NCBI GenBank assembly: GCA_049418765.1
Contig: JBMSJJ010000006.1
Location: 41,894-105,893 of the forward strand
Reading direction: 5' to 3'
From: Rickettsiales bacterium
Lineage (GTDB): Bacteria; Pseudomonadota; Alphaproteobacteria; Rickettsiales; UBA1997
DNA: 64,000 bases
A model generated the notes under the pieces. The model saw nothing but the letters and a program-made list of their open reading frames with translations. It was not told the origin of the DNA and ran no database searches. Shown here in pieces: positions 41,021 through 49,215 of this stretch (position 1 is its first letter; each line of letters begins with the position of its first letter). Position numbers and translations under genes: made by a program.

Positions 41021-44000
41021 TTAATGCTTGGAATTATGTACACGACTCACATGTCCTTCATAGAAGCTAACCTTTAGATCACTTCCAATAGTTATTGCTG
41101 CCGTAGTATGCATAAAAAAGCTTTTTTCGTAACTAGAGCTTTCTTTGTATTGTTGTAGCTCAACAAAGAGCAACAAACTCATCTTTTTCTTTTCCAGCAC
41201 TTTTTGTAAAAGTGATTTTGAACATTTTAAGCGAACTGCCTCTTTATATGTTTCTCGATCATTTTTATTCGGAGCTTGCCAAGCTTCTGCTGTGGCCAAT
41301 ATTTTACCTGACTTACTTTTCCATTCTCTTCTGAAAGGATCATCAGTACGAAGAGCGAATTGACGCACTATATCTTGTGCAAAATATGGACGCTCCATAA
41401 CGCTCCTTGCTCCTAAAGCATCATGATTATCTATTTTTACCTCTGCTGAAGGTTGAACAATCCATGCTTTAAAATTTTCTTTATCATCGCGCATATATTC
41501 ATCTTCTTCGCCTTCATGGTATATTGGTAACCAAGCTTGAAATGGATCTTCTTTAGAAATTTTTATTGCTTCATTCTTTGCTTGTTCTGGAATCACCAAA
41601 GCAGAAGAAATCTTTATTTGGATCTCATCTGAGGAAATCCAATTTCCATCAACAATGATCTCTTTATCTATCTTTGATGAAGTAATCCCTAATAATCCTA
41701 GTATAATATCTTTGTTTCCGGTGATAACCAATCCTTCTTTACCTTGCTCAAGAAGATTAATATTCGCATCCAAAGGAGTTTTATCCAGACCATCAGATAA
41801 CCATAGACCATCATTTCTGGTTAATATTTCTCTATTAAGAAAATAAGCCCATGGATCATCTTCATAGTAGGAATCATTCGTAATAGGACATTCTGCAAGA
41901 AGCTGTCCTGCTGCCAGAAACAGAGCATTCCAACCAAGCTGGTTACCATATGAATGATATTTTGAAGTAATCTCTCTTATTTCTCGTCTTCCATAATTAT
42001 TATTCCTGCCACCATGTGTATACATGCTTTTTATATCTTTATCAAAGATTCTAACCCATTTTGTAATAATGTCATTCATCTCCCACCCGTATTTACCAAA
42101 TACATCACTGAGACGCTGTACATCATATTTGCCAAAGTCGTGATCCAAATAAAATTCCGATTTCATCTCAGGGATATTGTCGGGTCGATTTTCATGCCAT
42201 CCTCTACTACCAGATCTTCTCTTCTCTTTTAATCGCGGATATGGAGATTTATTTACAGATTCTATTTCCTTCTTCTCTTTAGTAGAGAGTGTGAGATGAC
42301 CACATTCAACGCATTTTTTAATTATATATGAGGAAAAATGGCGCATCAAAACATGAGGGAAATCCTTATCTAGAGCTATTTTCTTAATGGCGTCAGAGTA
42401 TTTCGTTACTTCCTTCGGATAATCTAGAGCAAGTCGTGCTAAAGCGATTAATAACCATAATTTTGCATGTAGATGATAGAATGTTAGTTCTGGAGCTTGA
42501 AAAGGGTGAGCGTTTTTCGTTTCTATTTTTGATATTAATGCTTCTATAACATCCCATCTGCCAAGTTTTGCAAAGCGCCTAATGCTATGAGCCGCCCTCC
42601 ATCTGTCTGCTGCTGAAGGAGAACCAAGTTTTAACCATACCAAACCTGATGCAATTTCATTTATATGGCTGGGTGGATACATATTTTCTTTCCACTCGCC
42701 ATCAGATACATTTGAAGAAAGTTTTGTAGAACCGCTATTTAGCAATCTTACTAGAGCCTTTTGTCCTTCACCATCACCAGACTTTTCGCAAATAATTGAG
42801 GCCAAAGACATCCACACTGGTGCGGAAATATAAATGTCGCTCCCAGAGAAGATTTTAATCAACCTCATTGCCAACGTTGTAATTGGAACGCTGCAAAGTT
42901 CAGAAAGTTCATTTAGGTTTGAAGTCGACAATCTATCATGAAAAATTAATTCGTCCGAGTGTTGATCCAAAATGGTATCTGCAATACTGCTAAATATAGT
43001 ATCCAAAGAATTAGAAGATTTTTTCCAATCGTCTTTGCATGCCTTCAACTCCTCAATCTTTCTATAATAGAATAAATGCTTAATTCTGGATATAATTTTT
43101 ATGTAACTAGAACGCTCGCCAAAACGTACCTTGGTACGTACTCCTGACAGGTAATCCTTTTCTAACATATGACCCGATTGGACTTCGGTTATCTTATAGA
43201 TAGCTTCAGATATTACTTCTTCATTTAGTGGATCAGCTTTATCAATGAGTCTCTGTATTAATTTTTTGTTTTCTTTATCTCTATTTTTTGCTTCTTCTCG
43301 ATGCTTTGGATCATCATAATTGTAATTTTTGTAATTACTGTTTTCGTTTTGCTGAGCTACGATAATCTTAGATCTTTTTCTTAATTTAGCCAAGTGAACA
43401 GTTTCTTCATCAGTCTCACCAAAAACTTTAGCAGATATTGTATGCAATCTTTGTAGCTCAGCGTCCGATAAACGACCCGAATTATTTTCTTCAAACTGCG
43501 CTAGAATCTCCCTAACAAGTTGTTGTTGATTAGGATGACTCCTGTTTTCTATAGCTTGTGCAAAGTGAGAAAAATCATAACTCCAAGTTTCAGAAGGATC
43601 ACAAAGTCTTAACAATGCTAGAGCTATGTCAGCTTCTATTTTTTTATCTTTTAAAAGAGCGATCAGATAGGGCATAAGAGTATGCTCTAAACCTACCTTA
43701 TTTCTATCATCCCACCTACCTAGTTTTGCAAGTGCTTTACATCCAGAAGTTTTAGATAAACCTTGCGCAAATGCATACCAAGGAAACTTATGCGATTCAC
43801 CATCCCACATATTTAATTCGCATATGTTGGTGAGAGTATGAAAATCCTTATCTTCAAGTTCTTGGCCTTTTAAAGATGCGGCAAACAATAAGAGTTCGTT
43901 TGTAAAATCATAATCTCCCGACCCAATAACATCCATCTGATCCAACCCGGCTTTAAAATAGCTAGCTGCCTCTTTTATACTTGCTGGAAGTATAGCACGC

Positions 44001-47000
44001 GATAATTTTGCATATTGAGCGGCGCGATTATTTACATCATTCTCTTTCTCAATTATGGAACTGGCTTTAGTTGCCATTTCTCCCGCTAGTTCGTGAAATT
44101 GATTTATCTCTGATAGAATTGACACGATTTTCACTAAATAGTGTGCTGAAACAAATCCTTCCTTATTCAATACATCGCAAAATTTTTTTATTGATGTCAG
44201 ACATAAATCGTCTCTAGACCATATAGAAAATGCGATTAATTCCTGTCCCAAAAAATCAAAAGTTTGAGAATCGTGATATAAGATTTTAACATTTCTAGAA
44301 TCAGACCAAGCTTGTATTAAATTAATAAATGCATCATCTGCTTTCCCTATTGGAGTTGATAAAAGCTCAGCTAAAGATTTTGCTAATTTTGTTAGCAATG
44401 GGAGACGCTCACTTAAGAAACGTTCTGCGTTAGTTTTTGTATCGTAGCTAAAAGACTCTTTTTCGTTCTTATCCTTTTTTTCTTTCTGACTTTTTTCGTA
44501 GCTCGCAGCAATTTCTTTTTTTAACCGTTCTTTAAATTCAGCGTCACCTAAATTTCTATCTGGTGCAGCCCAGATTTCTTCTAGCTCTTCTGGCAGAATA
44601 TCTTGTGCTGACAAAACATAATTTCCTGCAACAGAATCTATGGCCTTTCGTATAATAAATGGTACAATGTACTGACCAGAATAAATATTGTTAAATGAAT
44701 GTAGGCTAGGAGTTTTAATCTTTAAAACACTGCAAATGGATGTAACTTCTGATTTTAATCCTAATGATAAAGCTATTGATGAAGCTTTAAATAACCCATC
44801 CTGAATGATGTAATTTTTGCTACGTCGATCATCATATCCTACTTCTAGAAGACCATTATCTTTACAAGTTTTGGCAAGATTTTTTATTAGCTTCTTTCGC
44901 TCATTATCTGAGCATTTATAAAAAGATAAAGCTCCAACAATAAGACCAATATTACCTGCTAGTGCTTTTAAAAATTTATCTTCATTTATTGCTGAATTAG
45001 GATGTAGAATCTTTGACTGCTTAATAAACGAAAAAAGATTTTCAGAAATTTCATAAACTCCCCAACATTTCCATCTATTCATCCAGTTAGCAGCTTCTTC
45101 ATTTTTACCTTGTGATAAAAGGCATAGTGGAATAGCCGCTATATCCATAATTTCATATCCCTTACGATCCCTTCGATAGTCATCTTTCTGTTTAGAAAAA
45201 TGATTTATCCATTCTTCAGCCTGAAGGCTATGGCGGTAAGCTTCACTTTTTTCATCTGATAATATGTGTGCAATTGCAAGTCTTGCATGTCTTGTACCTT
45301 GCCAAGAAGTGCGAATTTCAAATAATCTCCGTTTTGCATCAATATCATCAGATGCAACAATCAGATCTGGATTAGCCAGAATATAATCTTTTCCTCTCTG
45401 ATTACTTGCTTCGATGGTAGAAAGCTCCACTAGTAAATTGACAAGATGATCATAATTGTTTTTAGAGGTAGTGGTATCATAATATGCTGCTGCTTTCAAT
45501 CGCGCATAGCGGATAGTTTGCTTTCCAACATTACTAGTTATTTCTGCTGGAAAGCGTTCATCAAAAGCTAATTCAAAAAGCTTTTCACCATCTCCTATCT
45601 TTTGCAATAATCCTGGTAAAGCCTGAGCGGAATAGACAGAATTATCTTGCTGTTTAAAGAGGTTTTCAGCCACCTTTCTGAGAGCCTGATCATTAGATGC
45701 ATAATCCTTTCTAATTAAAGTTTCTGTAGGCTCATCTCTAAACCATATGCCATGTTTTGTCTTTTCTAACAATGGCGCAAGATCTGCAACAAAACTCTCT
45801 ATCGCACTTTCTTCCATATTTTGAGCAGCAGCATATTCCCTAAGAGGTACCGGAGGTGGAAGTGTTGATAATCCAGCTAGAAAAGAGCCTATATCTGACT
45901 CTTTATAACCTCTTGTTTTCGCTTCTTTTAGAGCATCTGATATACGATTCTTAAGTAACTCATCCAATTCAATCGTTTTATTTATCTCGGATTTATCTAG
46001 CAGTCCTCTATCACTAAGTGCCAGATGTTCAAGTACTCGGGGATTTCCACCTGACCTAGCAAAAGCAACTTCAATCTCAGTGGAGTTAATGTTATTTATA
46101 CGATTTCTTAAATAGATTTCAGTCTCTTTTAAAGAAAACGGTTTTAGTTGATACTCTTCGCAAGAAAAATCTCCTTTAGCCAAATCTATACGATGTGTAC
46201 GACAAGTTAAAACTATTGAGAAATTTGGAATGTTATAATTCTCGAAGCTTTCTAATAGCACTTTAACGAAGCAATCTTCTCTTTTATCCTGAGCAGAATC
46301 TGCTGCATTGTCTATTGCATCTATAAAGAGGATTATCCTTTTATCGAAGGACGATCTTTGTAAAACATTCGTTGCCTGCTTAATCCTACTAATAAATGTT
46401 TTTATTAAATCTGATGGGTCATCATGAGAAGGTATCATAGGATCACATAATCCTTTGCTTGCTAGGATATTTATTATGTGCGTAAAAGCCTTCTTTGGGC
46501 GATGACGTGAATCTCCTGTTAATCTATATGAACCACGACCAAAACAGTCGAACAAAATAACTTCATGTTCATCAGAGTAATGTCTTGCTATACTTTGCAG
46601 AAATACAGTTTTTCCAACCCCTCCGGCCGCATGTATAAGAAATGGTTTATTTGACTTTGATATAAGATTAATAACATCAGATAACTGTTCGCGCTCAACA
46701 ATTGATCCCACTTCAGGAAAACTACTAGAACAAGGAAAGAGATCTTCTTCGCTAACCTCAAGCCTATCTAAGATATCCAAACGCTCTATCACATTATTTT
46801 GCTGTCCTTCTACTCCAGCTTTATCCCTTAGCAATTGCTTAATAGCAACTAGACGCGCTCGCGATATATGATCTTGAGCAGTTGACCAATCAGCTATAAC
46901 TCTCGACAAAATTCGCTTATTTTCTCTTAAATTTCCTGCTAAACCGGAAAAAGATATTCTCTGTGCAAAATCAATAAGTTCCTTTCCATCAAAATCACAT

Positions 47001-47503
47001 GCAGTTTTGAACTGATTTACTTCCTTTTTAACTTCATTAGATACATCTTTATTTTTTGCTATTGATTCAATTGCTTCCGTTAATGGCGAATATAAAGGTC
47101 TATTAGTTACCAATTCAAACTCTAGCTTTTCATTAGTCTCTTTTTCGCCATGATTCTTTTTGTGGTCTTTATATGATGCAGCAAATTTCTGAATTGTTTT
47201 CTTAGCATTACTAGCACGAAAGGGTGTTTGTTCGTGACTTATTGAGTATTTGAGTTGAACAATTACGACCTTTTTAGCATCTTTAAATGTTGGTTTCTTG
47301 CCGTAATACAAAGTAACATCCGCTATTTGTACAGTTTTATCGGAAGCTACATCTTGATCATTGGGACCTTCTATTGAAAGACCTATAAAATTATCTTGAG
47401 GCCACAATAACTTTAATGCTTGTCGTGCCGCCCAATTTTCATGAAATTCATGTCCATCTCGTGAGGCTCTTGTTTTATCAACTTTACCTAGTTTGTTTGT
47501 CAT
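41021..47503 (-). CDS. 2160-aa STAND-class P-loop NTPase with a nuclease-like N-terminal module and a long uncharacterised C-terminal region
   Basis: Ordered motifs: Walker A HAAGGVGKT (aa 291-299, nt 46607-46633); Walker B RIILFIDAIDNA (aa 389-400); IVLTCRTHR (aa 430-438, TxR/RNBS-B-like); LKPFSLKETEIYL (aa 452-464); SGGNPRVLEHLA (aa 484-495, GxP motif). The N-terminus GHEFHENWAARQALKLL...SIEG...IADV...VVIVQLKYS fits a D/E...QxK restriction-endonuclease-like pattern. The start overlaps the hipA-2 stop by 4 nt. Confidence 0.75.
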   Translation of the reverse strand: MTNKLGKVDKTRASRDGHEFHENWAARQALKLLWPQDNFIGLSIEGPNDQDVASDKTVQIADVTLYYGKKPTFKDAKKVVIVQLKYSISHEQTPFRASNAKKTIQKFAASYKDHKKNHGEKETNEKLEFELVTNRPLYSPLTEAIESIAKNKDVSNEVKKEVNQFKTACDFDGKELIDFAQRISFSGLAGNLRENKRILSRVIADWSTAQDHISRARLVAIKQLLRDKAGVEGQQNNVIERLDILDRLEVSEEDLFPCSSSFPEVGSIVEREQLSDVINLISKSNKPFLIHAAGGVGKTVFLQSIARHYSDEHEVILFDCFGRGSYRLTGDSRHRPKKAFTHIINILASKGLCDPMIPSHDDPSDLIKTFISRIKQATNVLQRSSFDKRIILFIDAIDNAADSAQDKREDCFVKVLLESFENYNIPNFSIVLTCRTHRIDLAKGDFSCEEYQLKPFSLKETEIYLRNRINNINSTEIEVAFARSGGNPRVLEHLALSDRGLLDKSEINKTIELDELLKNRISDALKEAKTRGYKESDIGSFLAGLSTLPPPVPLREYAAAQNMEESAIESFVADLAPLLEKTKHGIWFRDEPTETLIRKDYASNDQALRKVAENLFKQQDNSVYSAQALPGLLQKIGDGEKLFELAFDERFPAEITSNVGKQTIRYARLKAAAYYDTTTSKNNYDHLVNLLVELSTIEASNQRGKDYILANPDLIVASDDIDAKRRLFEIRTSWQGTRHARLAIAHILSDEKSEAYRHSLQAEEWINHFSKQKDDYRRDRKGYEIMDIAAIPLCLLSQGKNEEAANWMNRWKCWGVYEISENLFSFIKQSKILHPNSAINEDKFLKALAGNIGLIVGALSFYKCSDNERKKLIKNLAKTCKDNGLLEVGYDDRRSKNYIIQDGLFKASSIALSLGLKSEVTSICSVLKIKTPSLHSFNNIYSGQYIVPFIIRKAIDSVAGNYVLSAQDILPEELEEIWAAPDRNLGDAEFKERLKKEIAASYEKSQKEKKDKNEKESFSYDTKTNAERFLSERLPLLTKLAKSLAELLSTPIGKADDAFINLIQAWSDSRNVKILYHDSQTFDFLGQELIAFSIWSRDDLCLTSIKKFCDVLNKEGFVSAHYLVKIVSILSEINQFHELAGEMATKASSIIEKENDVNNRAAQYAKLSRAILPASIKEAASYFKAGLDQMDVIGSGDYDFTNELLLFAASLKGQELEDKDFHTLTNICELNMWDGESHKFPWYAFAQGLSKTSGCKALAKLGRWDDRNKVGLEHTLMPYLIALLKDKKIEADIALALLRLCDPSETWSYDFSHFAQAIENRSHPNQQQLVREILAQFEENNSGRLSDAELQRLHTISAKVFGETDEETVHLAKLRKRSKIIVAQQNENSNYKNYNYDDPKHREEAKNRDKENKKLIQRLIDKADPLNEEVISEAIYKITEVQSGHMLEKDYLSGVRTKVRFGERSSYIKIISRIKHLFYYRKIEELKACKDDWKKSSNSLDTIFSSIADTILDQHSDELIFHDRLSTSNLNELSELCSVPITTLAMRLIKIFSGSDIYISAPVWMSLASIICEKSGDGEGQKALVRLLNSGSTKLSSNVSDGEWKENMYPPSHINEIASGLVWLKLGSPSAADRWRAAHSIRRFAKLGRWDVIEALISKIETKNAHPFQAPELTFYHLHAKLWLLIALARLALDYPKEVTKYSDAIKKIALDKDFPHVLMRHFSSYIIKKCVECGHLTLSTKEKKEIESVNKSPYPRLKEKRRSGSRGWHENRPDNIPEMKSEFYLDHDFGKYDVQRLSDVFGKYGWEMNDIITKWVRIFDKDIKSMYTHGGRNNNYGRREIREITSKYHSYGNQLGWNALFLAAGQLLAECPITNDSYYEDDPWAYFLNREILTRNDGLWLSDGLDKTPLDANINLLEQGKEGLVITGNKDIILGLLGITSSKIDKEIIVDGNWISSDEIQIKISSALVIPEQAKNEAIKISKEDPFQAWLPIYHEGEEDEYMRDDKENFKAWIVQPSAEVKIDNHDALGARSVMERPYFAQDIVRQFALRTDDPFRREWKSKSGKILATAEAWQAPNKNDRETYKEAVRLKCSKSLLQKVLEKKKMSLLLFVELQQYKESSSYEKSFFMHTTAAITIGSDLKVSFYEGHVSRVHNSKH

Positions 47504-48747
47504 GCGGTTTTCTGGATGCGATGAATGTGATTGCTGATCAAAGAAATATTATCACTAGAAACACCATACTCTTTTGCTAAATCTTTCCAAGATGCTAAAG
47601 CTGTTTGTGTTTGATCAATAATTTCAGTAATGCGTGTTTTGGATAACTTAGCTTCATTTCCCAATTTGATCAGATGATCAAAGCTAGGATTTCTTCCTTC
47701 GCCCATAACCATCGTGCTTTGTTCGCCGCTAGGACCGGATGAAAAAGTTAGATCATAAGCGGGCGATAACTTCCATTCACCTTTTTCATCCATCAAGAAG
47801 CTGAAATTTTTAGAGTGATCGTCACGATTATGCGCAAGAACATTAAATACCGCCAATTGATATAGTTTTTCAATTTCACGCGCATCACGGGTTAAAGCAC
47901 CTGTTAGAGCAATCAAATCCTCATAATCTAGCGATGGAACTCTGAAATCAGAATTTAATAAACCACAAGCTGTGTGCATATGAAAACGCTGTTTACCATT
48001 TCTATCAAAACGCTTAACAGCAAAATAACCCGCACTTTTCTTGGCAGAAAATAGGTGAACATCAGGCATGGAAATTCCAGCTTTTTTAGCCATCAAAGCG
48101 TAAACATATTCAATTGCACCAGCGTCTGCGCTATCTTGTGAGTTACTAAATTTGACAATCCAAGGCGCATATCCATCAGGCAAATCATGTATGCCATGAA
48201 CAATATTTTTCCTATCATTATTCAGACCTATCAGAGCTTTTGGACGCGCCCCAGCCGATGAGCCATTTAAAGCCAGAAGATCTTGTAAAACCTCGTCAGA
48301 TGTTCCATTCAAGACTTCTTTTGCCTGTTCTGCAAGCTTATCCAAGTTAATACTGTTGTTGCTTTCTTGAGTGCTATGATCTGGTTCATAAACCATTGCA
48401 CCAAGACCATTTAATCCAACATGTGCCAAGCGATCTAATGGCGTAATATCGGAAGGCAAAATAGCAGTTGAGCGAGCAAAACGATCAAATAGCAATCGTC
48501 CCCATCCATCAGGAAGGCTGTCGTTAAATACTCCGGGAAGCCCTTCAAACAAATTGTAATCGAAACTGCTTACTTCAGATTTCAATGGTAAGTGTAGTGG
48601 CGAAATATCTAGGTTTGCTTCAATGAAGGTGCTGTGATATTCAAAATAGATTTTGCGATCTCGTATTGCTAAGCGGCCAACTGGGATGACTTTACCACCA
48701 AAATTCAGCCCAACTTTTACTTCATTTACAGATTCATATTTATTCAT
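47500..48747 (-). CDS. hipA: HipA-family Ser/Thr kinase toxin, copy 2
   Basis: 415 aa. GSSAGARPKA, NRDDHSKNFSF and SPAYDL are all intact. By eye about three quarters of residues are identical to copy 1. Confidence 0.85.
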   Translation of the reverse strand: MNKYESVNEVKVGLNFGGKVIPVGRLAIRDRKIYFEYHSTFIEANLDISPLHLPLKSEVSSFDYNLFEGLPGVFNDSLPDGWGRLLFDRFARSTAILPSDITPLDRLAHVGLNGLGAMVYEPDHSTQESNNSINLDKLAEQAKEVLNGTSDEVLQDLLALNGSSAGARPKALIGLNNDRKNIVHGIHDLPDGYAPWIVKFSNSQDSADAGAIEYVYALMAKKAGISMPDVHLFSAKKSAGYFAVKRFDRNGKQRFHMHTACGLLNSDFRVPSLDYEDLIALTGALTRDAREIEKLYQLAVFNVLAHNRDDHSKNFSFLMDEKGEWKLSPAYDLTFSSGPSGEQSTMVMGEGRNPSFDHLIKLGNEAKLSKTRITEIIDQTQTALASWKDLAKEYGVSSDNISLISNHIHRIQKTA

Positions 48748-49052
48748 TTGCGGCTTCCTCTTTTTCGTATATTTGTTTTGTTAGTTTCTAACACTTCGTC
48801 AATTGATGAGAAAGAAGACTGCTCTGGCTGTATAGCTTTAACAAGGTTTTCCAAAGCACCCAGAACCATTTGTAATTTCAAAAATCCTTCGAGAGAGATT
48901 AATCCTTTTTGTTCAAACATACGCAGAGTTGGTAGTGGTAAACCAGATTGCTCTGCTAAAGCTTGTTGAGTTAGTTGTAGCTTCAATCTTTGTAAGCGTG
49001 TATTCTCAGATAGTTTTTTTTGCGCTTTTGATATGGTAATAAGTGATAACAT
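48744..49052 (-). CDS. hipB: XRE-family HTH antitoxin (HipB-like), copy 2
   Basis: 102 aa. HTH LQLTQQALAEQSGLPLPTLRMFEQ. It has the same C-terminal IRKRGSRK tail as copy 1 (IRKRGNRK). It overlaps hipA-2 by 4 nt. Confidence 0.8.
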   Translation of the reverse strand: MLSLITISKAQKKLSENTRLQRLKLQLTQQALAEQSGLPLPTLRMFEQKGLISLEGFLKLQMVLGALENLVKAIQPEQSSFSSIDEVLETNKTNIRKRGSRK

Positions 49053-49095
49053 AATATTATGTAAAAATAGTTGCTTACTAGCTAGTAATAATATA

Positions 49096-49124
49096 ATGTT
49101 AGTTAATAAGCGAACTTAAGTCAA
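49096..49124 (-). promoter_or_regulatory. Sigma70-like promoter of the hipB-hipA-STAND operon with the shared palindrome
   Basis: On the minus strand: TTGACT (49124-49119), 17-nt spacer, TAACAT (49101-49096). The sequence TTGACTTAAGT is identical to the one upstream of hipB-1. Confidence 0.45.
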
Positions 49125-49215
49125 TAGATTTTAAACTTTTACACTGGCTTAATTCGCACGATAGAAATCTTGAAGGATTGTTTAGTAAAACACAAAAAAG
49201 AGAGGAAAAAAGTAA

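Noticed and set aside
40843-41070. The 75-aa plus-strand ORF spanning the GC-rich spacer and the end of the STAND gene
   Set aside because: It overlaps the 3' end of a strongly supported gene on the other strand and the structured non-coding stretch. It has no recognisable motifs or ribosome-binding context.
37139-49052. The inverted hipBA copies as terminal inverted repeats of a composite transposon
   Set aside because: The copies are only about 75-80% identical. No transposase is present and no target-site duplication is apparent. The tRNA-fragment junction lies inside, not outside, the pair.
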